Positions 1 to 10,239 of a stretch of DNA of 64,000 bases are shown piece after piece. The notes beneath the pieces were generated by a model. That model was not told where the DNA came from. It did no database searches and saw only the letters and a program-made list of their open reading frames with translations. Each line of letters opens with the position of its first letter. The first letter of the stretch is position 1. Origin of the DNA: an uncultured Candidatus Binatia bacterium (GTDB lineage Bacteria > Desulfobacterota > Binatia > UBA9968 > CAXXLF01); contig OZ244621.1 of the NCBI GenBank assembly GCA_965218425.1, positions 2,240,001-2,304,000 of the forward strand, given 5' to 3'. The translations under genes were made by a program, and so were the position numbers.

Positions 1-2
1 TG

Positions 3-263
3 TTCGCCGTGGTCAACGGCTGCCCTCCGGACGAGGGGGTGATGGTGGAGCTCGGCATGGCCATCGCATGGGGGAAGCCCGTGTTCCTGTTCCGGGACGA
101 CTTCCGCCGCTGCACCGACAGCGAGGCCTATCCGCTGAACCTGATGGTGTTCACCGGCCTGCCGGAGGCGGGCTGGAAGGATTACTGGTACGGATCAGTG
201 GAGGAGATCGCCGATCCCGGCAAGGCCCTCGCGCGGTGGCTGAAGGACCCCGCGCCGGCCTGA
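3..263 (+). CDS. Nucleoside 2-deoxyribosyltransferase family protein, 5' end outside window
   Basis: Motif PDEGVMVELGMAIAWGKPVFLFRDD...PLNLM; frame is open from the window start. Confidence 0.75.
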   Translation, partial: FAVVNGCPPDEGVMVELGMAIAWGKPVFLFRDDFRRCTDSEAYPLNLMVFTGLPEAGWKDYWYGSVEEIADPGKALARWLKDPAPA

Positions 264-314
264 GCCCGGCGCCTGATTGCCGGCGGGGAAGCGTCGAAAG
301 CGTCCCGATGTCCG

Positions 315-1103
315 CTACCCGCCGAACCGCCGGATGATCCCCAGGCGCACGATGCCCAGCTTGTTATCGATGTCGTAAGGGCACGCCCTTCGCGGCATCC
401 CCGGCCCGCAGGAATTGTTGCCGGAGCGGTTCACGTAATGGGTGCTCCGCCCGAAGTCCAGGTACGAGCCCTCCAGCCGCACCGTCCAGCCGTCTGCCAG
501 CGGAGCCTCTACGCCGAGGCCGATCACCCAGCCCACCTTCGTCGTGCCGTCGCGAAAGGAATCGTCGGGGTCTACCCGCGTCGTCATATTGGGGCCGAAA
601 TCGATGTCGGTCACCGAATGATCGATCCGGGCGGCCGCCGGCCCGCCGGAGGCGAACAGCGTCGCGGGGCCCACGGACCGCTCGATCCCGGCGCGCGCCG
701 TGGCGACCCATCGAAACTCCGATTTCACCGTCTCGTCCAATCCCACCGGATCGAGCCTGTCCGATGCCGCCGACAGGCCGCCGAACGTGCCGTCGAGCTC
801 GACCCTGAGCGGCACGCCGCCGATCTCGAACTTCTTCCCGAGCAGCGCGCCGCCGACGAACCCCGAATCGTGGTAGTCCACGGCCGAGCCGGGGTTGCCC
901 CAGTTCGCGAAGCCGTCGACGTCGACGATCCGGTTGTCCGCTCCGCCAAAGCCGACGAATGCGCCCATGTATGCCCCGGTCCAATCGAATCCGGCATCGT
1001 CGCTCCCTGCTCCCGCGGGACCGGCGCCCGCCAGCATCAGCAGGACCGGCAGCGCAACGGCCGCGCGCCGCCACGTGGAGCCGCGTCTCGAGTTGTCTTT
1101 CAT
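315..1103 (-). CDS. Outer-membrane beta-barrel protein (Omp25/Omp31-like, 8-stranded)
   Basis: Signal peptide; DWTGAYMGAFVGFG N-terminal strand; GWVIGLGVE; VRLEGSYLDFG; C-terminal RF; GGAAAGG RBS before ATG 1103. Confidence 0.85.
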   Translation of the reverse strand: MKDNSRRGSTWRRAAVALPVLLMLAGAGPAGAGSDDAGFDWTGAYMGAFVGFGGADNRIVDVDGFANWGNPGSAVDYHDSGFVGGALLGKKFEIGGVPLRVELDGTFGGLSAASDRLDPVGLDETVKSEFRWVATARAGIERSVGPATLFASGGPAAARIDHSVTDIDFGPNMTTRVDPDDSFRDGTTKVGWVIGLGVEAPLADGWTVRLEGSYLDFGRSTHYVNRSGNNSCGPGMPRRACPYDIDNKLGIVRLGIIRRFGG

Positions 1104-1233
1104 CGTGACCGCCTTTCCGTACCGATTGCCCGGCAAAGGCCGCAAGCGCGAATCATGCTTGAATCGATGTTCCTTTTCCTCCCGGCCGGCAGAGCCGGCA
1201 CGCCGGGGAACAGGCCATCATTATGTCACTGTG

Positions 1234-1311
1234 CCGTGTACGGTTGCAAATGCCCGGCTCGACCGCCCGGCGTGACTTTGTGCACGATCATCAAAGCGTA
1301 AATGTGCCGAC
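1234..1311. repeat. 78-bp direct repeat A, copy 1
   Basis: Matches 2869-2946 with 6 mismatches by manual alignment. Confidence 0.95.
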
Positions 1312-1497
1312 GCACAAGGCAGAAACCGGAGGAGCTTTTGAAACCGGTCGCCTAAAAAACAATCCTTTGCGGTCCTGTTTTCAAGTGTAATTTAGGGGAA
1401 GGTCATTTGGGTTCCTTGGAAAAAAAAGGTATGGTAACAAACCTCATTTTATAGATAAAAGTGTAAATTTTGTCGATTAACTGGGTAGGTTCAGAAG

Positions 1498-2355
1498 ATG
1501 CTCGAATTGCAGTTCCCAAGATTGATTACAGTTGCAAATTCAAGAAGCATTCTCCAATGCTGTAATCGTGCTTTAAGGAGCCAGTCTGATGTGCTATTTG
1601 ATTTCTCAAAGACCGAGTTCCTTACTCCATTTGGGGTTACTGTTCTAGCAGGAACAATTTCAAAGTGCCTTGATGACAAGAAGGTCTATTACAGGAAACC
1701 GGCGAAGGATGAGACGGCAGAATGGTTGTCCAGTATAAGCTTTACACGGTTTTTTAAAGTAGATCGGATAGGGGCAAAGGCAAAGCGAACGGGCATACAG
1801 TTGCGCCAGCTTGATGCCCTTGAGCCCATTTTTATAGAGACTTTGCTTGAGCTTATTGATTCTAAGGTTAACCTGTCAAAAGGCGTGCACGATTCAATTC
1901 GAATGAGCGTGCAAGAGCTTCTCACAAATGCGTTTGATCATAGCAAGTCTGATATCGGGTGTTTTGTTTGTGCTCAGTTTACTCCACATTCCCAGTTAAT
2001 TAGGGTATCAGTAACAGACTTTGGAATTGGTATTCTAAGGTCTTTGAAGACAGCAAGAGACTACTCGAACCTAAAGACATCTCATGAGGCTATCACTCTT
2101 GCCGTTGAAGAGGGAGTTAGTAGCCGCAAAAAGAAAGCTGCAGGGCTTGGGCTGCCACACATAAGGCGATTTACAAGGGTAAACAAAGCTAGAATGACAG
2201 TTATATCCGGCGATGGCAAGGTGGTCTTTTATCCTAAGGACATTGAGCAGAAACCTGTGCCTATCAACTTTCCTGGAACAACCATCGAGTTAGCCATAAA
2301 CGCAGATAAGGAAGGACTTTATTTCCTTACTTCTGAGGAAAAATACCTCTTCTAA
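1498..2355 (+). CDS. Histidine kinase-like ATPase (anti-sigma/partner-switching type) with N-terminal STAS-like region
   Basis: ELLTNAFDHS (N box), DFGIGI (G1), GVSS..AGLGL (G2), FPGT; AT-rich relative to flanks. Confidence 0.85.
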   Translation: MLELQFPRLITVANSRSILQCCNRALRSQSDVLFDFSKTEFLTPFGVTVLAGTISKCLDDKKVYYRKPAKDETAEWLSSISFTRFFKVDRIGAKAKRTGIQLRQLDALEPIFIETLLELIDSKVNLSKGVHDSIRMSVQELLTNAFDHSKSDIGCFVCAQFTPHSQLIRVSVTDFGIGILRSLKTARDYSNLKTSHEAITLAVEEGVSSRKKKAAGLGLPHIRRFTRVNKARMTVISGDGKVVFYPKDIEQKPVPINFPGTTIELAINADKEGLYFLTSEEKYLF

Positions 2356-2379
2356 TTAGATTTCTTTGGGTAACCTACA

Positions 2380-2745
2380 ATGAGAACAACAGAAATTAAC
2401 ATTAAAAAAATATTAGGGAAGCAGACTGTTACCAGAGATGATGGAGAGGTTGTCTACGATAAAATAATCAAGTTATGGGGGCAATCTGGTCAAATCACAA
2501 TCAACTTTGCAAATCTTCTGATTGCCTCTGTATCTTTCCTAGATGAAGCATTCGGACACCTTGCGTTAGAGTATTCACCAAGAGATTTACAAAAGAAACT
2601 GAGATTTGTAAAAATAAACGACTACGACCGAGCCCTTTTAAATGATATTATCCTTTCACGGGTGCGAGAAAAGAGCCTTACTGGACAGACAGCGATAACT
2701 AAACGTAAGATTCGGCACTCTCGTCAAAAGGCAAGGAAACCATAA
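2380..2745 (+). CDS. STAS-like domain protein (DUF4325 type)
   Basis: TRDDG...INFANL..SVSFLDEAFG motif; usual partner of the upstream ATPase. Confidence 0.8.
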   Translation: MRTTEINIKKILGKQTVTRDDGEVVYDKIIKLWGQSGQITINFANLLIASVSFLDEAFGHLALEYSPRDLQKKLRFVKINDYDRALLNDIILSRVREKSLTGQTAITKRKIRHSRQKARKP

Positions 2746-2868
2746 TCTTCCCGGGAAGAAGCGGCCTCCAGATTTATTACCTCAGTGAAGCACGTAGGCC
2801 GTGACCTTTTGACCTGCACCCCTTTTTGTCCTCACCTATAAGTTAGTGGTGTTTCGTTGTGGTCCGCT

Positions 2869-2946
2869 CCGTACACGGTTGCAAATGCCCGGCTCGACTG
2901 CCCCGTGTGACTTAGTGCACGATCATCAAAGCGTAAATGTGCCGAC
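2869..2946. repeat. 78-bp direct repeat A, copy 2
   Basis: Matches 1234-1311. Confidence 0.95.
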
Positions 2947-3285
2947 AAAAACAATCGGTAGTGTCTCGGTTTGAAATTCAGCGTGGCCCGAGCTTGACGG
3001 TTGTCAACCGGTAATAGACGGGGTGTTCTCGGGTCACAAGGAGGACCTGGAAGTGAAAACTTCAACTGCCGGGAAGAACAACTATGAGTGTCCGGAGTGC
3101 GGTGACGATCTTACGCGAGACCGGAAGGGTCAAGGCTTTGTGAGACACAAGAGTAATCCAGACTGCGATTATGTATTTCCCTTATTTTTGTGCTACTTTG
3201 CCGAAACTTTAATTGAGCGACGGCACTGCTGGCCCGGTTTGCAGGCGGAACTGAACACTCGCTCCGGCTTAGTGCAAGGAGTCTT

Positions 3286-3512
3286 TTAAATCACTTGGCC
3301 GTAGGAGGGGTCGAAGGCAATCTCTTTCTCCGGGGGCCTCGATCCGGCGGGGCATGGGATTCCTCCCCCAGGCGCGGGTGATCGAGGATCTTTCCAATGA
3401 CGTCCCGCCGGTCAATGAAGCTGATGGTTCTCATTTCGCCGGAGCGCCCGGGTCGGACGTGAGGATCTGTTTCGCGCGCCTGTCCGATGAAGTAAGACCG
3501 GCGCCTCTTCAG
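3286..3512 (-). mobile_element. Degenerate C-terminal remnant of an IS91-family transposase
   Basis: Manual translation LKRRRSYFI..ETDPHV...GEMRTISFIDRRDVIGKILDH..EESHAPP, one frameshift, then EIAFDPSYGQVI*; resembles IS91 C-termini with the Zn-ribbon Cys lost. Confidence 0.7.
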
Positions 3513-3519
3513 TGACCGA

Positions 3520-4479
3520 TCAGAACTGATACTTCATGTTGAGGCTGACACCCCAGAATTGAATGTCATCCGTGCTCATTTTGTATAGAACCGGATCACC
3601 GGGGCGCATATTGGTGGATTCGTGGCTGCGAAGCTGATTCCACTCTTTCTCACCCTCGAATTCACCGAAATTCGCCCAGCGGAACTTGAGCCCGATGGTC
3701 ACCAGCTCACTGACCGGATAATCCACGCCCGCGATCACCTGGTAGCCGAACAGAGTATCCGAGAGCTTGGCGCTGCCGATGGTTGTCGTGCCGGCAAGTC
3801 TTCGGTTCAGGTCCGCGGCCGTGGCCTGGTCCGCAGGAGTGCCCACGCTTGTATTAAACGTCGCTATATCGGCGGGATCGCTCCTTCGCGCAAATCGACC
3901 GGAATAATCCAGTGACACCTGCGCGAACCCCACTCCAAACCCCGCGTACGGGATAAACTTCCAGTCCGAGCGGTAGTCGTAGTACAGGTTGACGAAGAAG
4001 TTGTTCGACAGCACGTCATCCACCCCGCCCTCGATTACGCTGAGTTCTTCCAGGACCTTGCGAGTGGTCTCCGGATCGCTGATGATCGTATCGGGGTCCG
4101 TGTCATCATAGGTCGTGCCGCGATAGAAATATTCCCCCTCGACCCTGAAGCCGCCCATGCGGTATCCCAGGGTCGCCCCCGCCAGGAGCCCGGCGCCTCC
4201 GCCGAAATCATGAAACCATGCCGTTGGAGAAGGAATTGCGGTACAGTCCTTAGGATCCGTTTTCCCGCCCGGGAGCTCGGTTGTCTGAAACCCGGTCGGG
4301 TTGACGTGCCTGTCGCACGGGGTGTCATAGTCATTATCCGTGCCGTCCATTTCCATTGATGGAGCCATCGCGACGCCCAGGTCCATCCCCGCGTACCATC
4401 CGTCCTTGGCCCATGCCGGGCCGGAGGAGACCGCTAACGCCGCCGCGAGTAAGAATATTTTTATCGAGAGTTTTTGCAT
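3520..4479 (-). CDS. Outer-membrane beta-barrel protein (opacity/Msp2-like surface antigen type)
   Basis: Signal peptide ending AWA; GWYAG; FRVEGEYFYR; PYAGFGVG; FGYQVIAGVDY; terminal YQF; paralog of 24146-25018. Confidence 0.85.
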   Translation of the reverse strand: MQKLSIKIFLLAAALAVSSGPAWAKDGWYAGMDLGVAMAPSMEMDGTDNDYDTPCDRHVNPTGFQTTELPGGKTDPKDCTAIPSPTAWFHDFGGGAGLLAGATLGYRMGGFRVEGEYFYRGTTYDDTDPDTIISDPETTRKVLEELSVIEGGVDDVLSNNFFVNLYYDYRSDWKFIPYAGFGVGFAQVSLDYSGRFARRSDPADIATFNTSVGTPADQATAADLNRRLAGTTTIGSAKLSDTLFGYQVIAGVDYPVSELVTIGLKFRWANFGEFEGEKEWNQLRSHESTNMRPGDPVLYKMSTDDIQFWGVSLNMKYQF

Positions 4480-4761
4480 GATGTCGCCTTTCTTTCTTTT
4501 TTTCCTTGGAACGCCTCTTGTAAAGGATCGATGGAACAAGTTATCACTGGGCATTTTTTATTGTCAACCGGCACTGCCGGATCAGTGCCTATGGGACGGT
4601 CGGATCGAGACCGGCCCCGGACCGCGCCGCCGTCATCCCCTCGGCTTTTAGCAGGATCCGGCAATTTGTCAATCATGTGTATAGAGCCGCCGCGTATTGC
4701 GCTCTTGGGGTCTTTGCTCCATGAGAAACTGCGTGGGCGACTTCGACTCCGATCCCCGATA

Positions 4762-4800
4762 GGGCCGCATGATGGGCTCATTCACTGGAAAAGCGGTTAA
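4762..4800. repeat. Repeat family B, copy 1 (partial, diverged)
   Basis: gggccgcatgatgggctcattcactggaa matches 7823-7850. Confidence 0.85.
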
Positions 4801-4924
4801 GAAGACCGACAACAGCATTGATCATGAGAATCGGTCGTCAAGGGAGAAAATGTATTACATTGAATATTTTTGTATTTAATGCTATAGGAAGGCGGTCTTT
4901 TCGGCTACCGGTGAAAGGGGAGGG

Positions 4925-5629
4925 GTGACGGTGACCGGACGCCAAGCACAAACCGAAGATATTCGTGAACTACCCGCTTACTCGATTTCGGAGGCAGCGC
5001 ACTACCTTACTTTGCCTGCTGCGACTGTTCGCTATTGGTCGGTGGGCCAAGGCGGTCACGATCCACTCATTACGGTGCCCCAACCTTCACGACCATTGCT
5101 ACTTTCATTCCTCAACCTCTCAGAGCTTCACGTTCTCGCCGCCATTCGGCGCGAGCATGTTGTTACGATGCCAAAGGTTAGAAAGGCCATCCAGTACTTA
5201 GTGGAGAAAGTTCCAGTAGAAGGGGCTAATGGCAAACATCCGTTGCTCAATCACAATTTGGAGACAGATGGTTTGGACCTGTTCATCGAGCGGTATGGAC
5301 GATTAATCAATATTAATCGAGAGGGCCAAACTGCTATGCGAGAAATCATCAGTGCCGCCCTGAAGCGGATTGATCGTGACCTCAATGGTATACCCATTAA
5401 GCTCTATCCATTTACTAGGAATTCCATAGAAAACGCTCCGTCAGTTGTTGTCATAGACCCAACGATATCGGCTGGACGACCTGTTATCAACGGCACCGGA
5501 CTTACCACCCGGATTATTGCCGAGCGTTATAAGGCGGGTGATTCAGTCAAAACATTAGTGGCAGACTATGAACGCACTGACGCCGAAATCGAAGAAGCGC
5601 TTCGATGCGAGCTCCCACTCGCAGCGTAA
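4925..5629 (+). CDS. DUF433-containing antitoxin with N-terminal HTH (VapB45-like)
   Basis: PAYSISEAAHYL, LSFLNLSELHVL, VVIDPTISAGRPVI..GT, EIEEALRCE. Confidence 0.85.
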   Translation: MTVTGRQAQTEDIRELPAYSISEAAHYLTLPAATVRYWSVGQGGHDPLITVPQPSRPLLLSFLNLSELHVLAAIRREHVVTMPKVRKAIQYLVEKVPVEGANGKHPLLNHNLETDGLDLFIERYGRLININREGQTAMREIISAALKRIDRDLNGIPIKLYPFTRNSIENAPSVVVIDPTISAGRPVINGTGLTTRIIAERYKAGDSVKTLVADYERTDAEIEEALRCELPLAA

Positions 5630-5966
5630 AGAGCCCGTCCACCTGTTCTTGGATCGAAATCTCGGAAAACACATTATCGCCGAGGAACTCCGTTCGTTAG
5701 GGATGAAGGTTGAGGTACACGACGATCACCTTCCTCCGGATGCGCCGGACGAGGATTGGATCGCACTTGTTGGTAAAGAGGGCTGGGTTGCGCTCACTAA
5801 AGACAAGAACATCCGCCACCGAAGGGCCGAACTCGATTCCATTAGGAGGCATTCAGCACGAGTTATCGTAATTCAAGCAAAAAATGCAACGGGGTCGGAT
5901 ATTGCTGAACTGTTGGTCAAGTGAAGAAATCGGATTATCCGCTTCGCGGCAAAGACAGCCGCTCCA
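5607..5966 (+). pseudogene. VapC45-like PIN toxin, inactivated
   Basis: FLDRNLG..HDDHL..DEDWI..WVALTKDKNIR; in-frame TGA at 5922-5924 followed by RNRIIRFAAKTAAP; no canonical start at the expected overlap (GCG at 5607). Confidence 0.75.
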
Positions 5967-6003
5967 ATAAACCCCCCTCCTTGCCTCGAAGGGATAAATG
6001 CCG

Positions 6004-7452
6004 TCAGAACCGGTCGATCCGCTGCACCTGCATACCGACCTTGGCCGCGACGCATAGCTTGGTCAGGAGCGCGCTTGGGGTGATCTGGACCGGACCGAGG
6101 CTTGTTACATTTTGAACGCTGACGTTCATCTTGACGCCATGCTTGCCGAGATCGCCGGTGATCTTGTCGATCCGGGCCTGTGCCTCCCGCTCGCCGTTCG
6201 AAATTTGCTTCGACAAGTCCACCACCGCTTTTTGCTCGACCAGGCTTTCGATGGTTCTATCGTTGATCCATCCATAGACGTCCGTCGCCAGGAGGACCGG
6301 ATCGCTCGACGAGGCGGTTAGTTTGACTTGATGCACCGACACGGTTTTGCGGACGCCGTCCAGGCGGGGCATCGCCGTCATCCGGACGGTCTGGTTCTCA
6401 AGCGCATCGCTAAGCCGCCAATCCAGCCCCCAGCCGGAAAGCCGGCGATCGATCCACGCCAGAACCTTCCCCAATAAGCCGGTGGGCTGCACGGAAAACC
6501 GGGCCGTCACAAGCATTTTTCCGTCATCGGCGCCGCCCAGGGTGACGCGCTCAACGACCAATCTCCCCGAACCTTGTTCAATGACGATCGGCTTATCCCT
6601 CAACCGGTCGGCGATTGCTTTGTTCGCGGTCTTCCAATCGACCACGATCGGCAGTGCGATATTGAAGTGACCCGCAGGCGGATGGGGCGCCAGATCCAGG
6701 CTCGGCAAGCGCGTCCTGCCGGCCGACGGTTTCACGCCCGTCGCAAGAGCGGTATCTGCTTCGATACCGACGACAAGATCGACGCCGCGCTCGTCGATGC
6801 TTGGCTGCCCGGCGCTCACGCCTCTCGGACTCAGGCTCAGCCAAACCGGTGGTTGCCTGTTTACCTGGATCGGGCGATGGAGACCGGACCAGAATTTCGC
6901 CGCTTGATCCTCAATCAGCGTGCTACTCTCGAGATACTCGTTAAGGCGCCGGACTTCCTCGCTCACCGACTTGTCCAAGGGTATTTGAAGCAATCCACGC
7001 ACGCTATAGCGTATGGGTCCGATTTTTCCGGACGCCTTCGTCAGTTTGACCTTGGCGGCGCCGTTCGGCCGGACCCGCCAATCCGATGTGAGCCGCGGCC
7101 GCATGGACACCGTTACGTCCGCCTTGATCCGGTCAAGTGTTTCTTCGACCTTTCCCCATGGAGTCTTGACGTGCACGGTCACCGATGCGGCAAGCTGTGT
7201 TACCGCGTGCAGCGTATTTTGACTCGCTTTCAGTTCGATGGGCTGCCGGGCAACCGACCATTTGAGATAGCCTTCGTCGCCGCTCAGACTGAGCGGCACG
7301 ACTTCGTTCAGTCGGGCGGCTATCGCCTCCATCGGCACGTGGACGGGTAAAAGGATGCTGCTGTTCTTGCAGGCTCGATCAGGAACGGCAAGGGCGGGTG
7401 ACAACGGTAAAATCGCCAGGCCGATGCCGATTATCAGCCGGTTGCGCCGCAT
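6004..7452 (-). CDS. DUF4403-family-like exported protein
   Basis: Signal peptide ending ALA; KFWSGLHRPIQV..PPVWLSLSP; FNIALPIVV; long clean ORF. Confidence 0.7.
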   Translation of the reverse strand: MRRNRLIIGIGLAILPLSPALAVPDRACKNSSILLPVHVPMEAIAARLNEVVPLSLSGDEGYLKWSVARQPIELKASQNTLHAVTQLAASVTVHVKTPWGKVEETLDRIKADVTVSMRPRLTSDWRVRPNGAAKVKLTKASGKIGPIRYSVRGLLQIPLDKSVSEEVRRLNEYLESSTLIEDQAAKFWSGLHRPIQVNRQPPVWLSLSPRGVSAGQPSIDERGVDLVVGIEADTALATGVKPSAGRTRLPSLDLAPHPPAGHFNIALPIVVDWKTANKAIADRLRDKPIVIEQGSGRLVVERVTLGGADDGKMLVTARFSVQPTGLLGKVLAWIDRRLSGWGLDWRLSDALENQTVRMTAMPRLDGVRKTVSVHQVKLTASSSDPVLLATDVYGWINDRTIESLVEQKAVVDLSKQISNGEREAQARIDKITGDLGKHGVKMNVSVQNVTSLGPVQITPSALLTKLCVAAKVGMQVQRIDRF

Positions 7453-7798
7453 CTCGTTCTTCCCCACGGTTGACATGAGCGCCGGGAGCGGCGGTCCGTA
7501 CTCGCTCCGCAAGCGAGTCGACGCCGACTCGACCGTAGCCGAACGGACCCCTGTCGCGCCGGTTCCGAGCGCTTCCCGATACTGAAGCCGCCGTCATAAG
7601 GCATCCGCCTATCACCGTGGCGCGCAATCTGCCTTTCAGACGAATGATCGCCGAACCGGTCAGCTCCAGGTTGTCGCCGCATTGAAGGACCGAAAGTCAT
7701 CCGTGTCGCCTCGTTGCGTCCTGCGGTCATGGCTCTTACCTCGCTGGATCTGGCCGTTTACGGTACCACAGCGCCCCTTGCCGGTCCAGATACTATGG

Positions 7799-7866
7799 CA
7801 GGCTTCTCGGATCGAAACCGTGGGGCCGCATGATGAGCTCATTCACTGAAATGCGATAAAAAAAGG
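7799..7866. repeat. Repeat family B, copy 2 (full, ~68 bp)
   Basis: caggcttctcggatcgaaaccgtggggccgcatgatgagctcattcactgaaatgcgataaaaaaagg. Confidence 0.95.
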
Positions 7867-7928
7867 ACTTATATACTTTAGTATCCAAAATACTTTACAA
7901 AGAAGATGGCAAGGACTAGACAGATGGG

Positions 7929-8273
7929 ATGCAGGCTAAGAGACACGGCAGGTTCTTACTCTCGGAGGCGGCCTTGCTGTGCGGTGGGATTGGAGTAGAG
8001 GCAATGTTTCCAACTGCTACGGCGGCAATATGGTTAAGCGTGGCCGGGTTAATGGCTCTTGTGGCATGGGTATGGCCTTAGGGAAATTGAGTTGAGGTTG
8101 AAGATAAGACTGACACAAACGGCAAAGGTCGATTTTGGGAATTCTTTGAAGACGTGTTTACAAAAGATGCGAAGTATATGATGGGCAATGTTTTGTCTGT
8201 TCTGCTACCGCTCGCACTATTCGTATTTTTGATGGGATTGATAAGATTTATGTTGGGATATTTGAAGGGGTAA
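7929..8273 (+). pseudogene. Small multi-pass membrane protein ORF broken by two in-frame stops
   Basis: One frame with hydrophobic segments on both sides of TAG 8079 and TGA 8088. Confidence 0.35.
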
Positions 8274-8577
8274 CGATGCGTTTACTTCTTGGGCGTCTTC
8301 CTGGCAAACCCATAGCCCTTAACCACCGATTTAACTAGCTGCTCTGGCGTTGTGGTAGAGAGAACGCGCAGATTCTCTTTATACTGAGCATCTTTCTTAA
8401 TGGCGGTCCGGGGCTTATCCTTTTGTTCCATGGCGACTCCCTCCCATTTTGTGTTGACAACCGTATCGATATTCCTTAGTCACGGTCAAGGAGGCGCCCT
8501 ATTGAGGGGGCTTGATTTTCTTGTGAGTTGTGGTAAGCAAAGGCGCTATACATCAATAGCCTCTTGTTAAGCTCCCC

Positions 8578-9267
8578 ATGGCATATAGAAACGCTCCCCT
8601 CGTGAAGGCTGCTTTCGAGGCCCGCTTCGCTGGCGATTTGTCCATCGAGACCAAAAGGGACCAGTTTCAGCGGATGTTAAAGCCTGAACTTCCTAATCTT
8701 TACGTCCCCAATGCAGTGCTTGGCGTGGCTAATGCCCTGCAGCACTATCAGTTCAGAAAAGAAGACAACTCGGCAACAGTGAGTTTAGCCGTTAACGGCT
8801 TCTTATACGCCACGTCGCGCTATCCAGGGTTCGACATCTTTAAGGAAGATCTGGAGATAGTATGGAAACACTTCTCGGATCTCTTTGATATCCCTGAGTT
8901 CACTAGACTGGGGCTTCGATATACTAATCATCTTCCCATAATTAGAGCGGAAGACGGCACTATACCGGTAACGAAATATGTTACGTCGGATCTGAATCCA
9001 ATAACCCGGGTGCCTACCGAAAAGACCTACGAGGTGGCCGTCTCCGTCACATGTGAGATGTCTGGTGGGCAACTCCGCCTTGCGATGCAAACCGAGAAAC
9101 GGGCAGGTGGCCTGGAGATTCTAGTGCTGGACTTGGACTTTTCTCGAACGGAGGCGATCAAGAGAGAAGAACGAGAGGAGTTTATACTATCCGCCCACGA
9201 AGAGATTGAAAAGGTTTTTTCTGATTTGATCTCGCAGGATTACAAAGAAATCATGAAGGGTGAATGA
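8578..9267 (+). CDS. TIGR04255 family protein
   Basis: YRNAPLVKAAFEARF start; YPGF; RLGLRYTNHL; LVLDLD; AHEEIEKVF. Confidence 0.85.
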   Translation: MAYRNAPLVKAAFEARFAGDLSIETKRDQFQRMLKPELPNLYVPNAVLGVANALQHYQFRKEDNSATVSLAVNGFLYATSRYPGFDIFKEDLEIVWKHFSDLFDIPEFTRLGLRYTNHLPIIRAEDGTIPVTKYVTSDLNPITRVPTEKTYEVAVSVTCEMSGGQLRLAMQTEKRAGGLEILVLDLDFSRTEAIKREEREEFILSAHEEIEKVFSDLISQDYKEIMKGE

Positions 9268-9398
9268 TGAAAATGCTAACCGGCCCTATTCCGGTTAGAG
9301 ATCGAGCTTCGAATTCCACCGCATCTACGGATGCAGAGAGACCCATGATAGCTGCAACCACGATGATACCGACGCTTCGCTTCCAGACCTCCATGGGA

Positions 9399-9617
9399 TC
9401 AATTCTTCTGAGTTTCGGTGTGCAGCTTCAGGCGGGCGATCCCTTCGACCAAACCCTCAAACCGTGCCATGCGTTCACGCAGGTCTTCAACGTCCTCCCG
9501 TCCTGCGGCCACTTCGCTTTGAACCTCCGAGAGCCGACCGTTGAGATCCTTCAGGCCAAAGTGGATGAGCACCCCTAAAGCTACCCCTACCATGATGGCT
9601 ATTGTTGCTTGAATCAT
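9399..9617 (-). CDS. Small membrane-anchored coiled-coil protein
   Basis: GAGGAG RBS; N-terminal TM; LRERMARFEGLVEG coiled-coil tail. Confidence 0.6.
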   Translation of the reverse strand: MIQATIAIMVGVALGVLIHFGLKDLNGRLSEVQSEVAAGREDVEDLRERMARFEGLVEGIARLKLHTETQKN

Positions 9618-9767
9618 GCGGAAGTCGCTCCTCGAACGCTTGGCATATAGCGCAAACACTGGGACGTGTCAACAAACTTGTTGACCGGGGATGGGGATAT
9701 CCTATATTGCCGGTTAGTTTGGGCGCCTCAAGGTTTCTTGTGGGTTGCCGCACGATAGGAAGGTGAA

Positions 9768-10055
9768 ATGAATTTACGTGCAGGGGCAATAGCGACTCTG
9801 TGTGTGACATTGGCCGCATGTGGCGATGGGAATGTGAATGTTCCGATGGCGACGGAAACCCAACTCGATTACGTGAACGCCGCCCACGAGTCCCTGCGCA
9901 CCGCCAAGCTCTACGGTCGGCAGCAGGACGAGATATCGCTCGATAAGGTGGAACGCATCCTGATCCGACCGACCGGCTCTGGTCCGGCGGGCCGCCGTAT
10001 CCGATCAGGCAGGGCTAAGGCAAGCTTCTTGGATCGAAGCCGTGGGGCCGCATGA
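9768..10055 (+). pseudogene. Lipoprotein N-terminal fragment ending inside repeat B copy 3
   Basis: GGAAGGT RBS; lipobox LAAC; ORF stops within the repeat at 10053-10055. Confidence 0.55.
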
Positions 10056-10065
10056 TGAGCTTATT
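10021..10065. repeat. Repeat family B, copy 3
   Basis: caagcttcttggatcgaagccgtggggccgcatgatgagcttatt. Confidence 0.95.
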
Positions 10066-10239
10066 TTTCTAACTCTCACTCCCTTGCTCTCGTTTTACGG
10101 TCAATAGCGCATATAGCACGAACACCACCGAAAGAAGCAGTATAACCAGTTTTCCGCCATAGCGATCCCAAAATGGCGTCCTCACCTCCACATAACTTAT
10201 CTGACATCCGGCCTTCTGTGGCCGATGACGGCATCTGGT

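Noticed and set aside
3052..3289. Small CxxC zinc-ribbon ORF
   Set aside because: Its 3' half runs into the IS91 relic's downstream DNA; at best an unassignable fragment.
5922..5924. In-frame TGA in the VapC45-like gene as selenocysteine
   Set aside because: Not at a Cys-type position, no convincing hairpin, and the gene has other damage; probably a nonsense mutation.
8282..8431. 49-aa basic ORF with RBS on the minus strand (a similar one near 11447-11560)
   Set aside because: No recognisable family; cannot be distinguished from noise.
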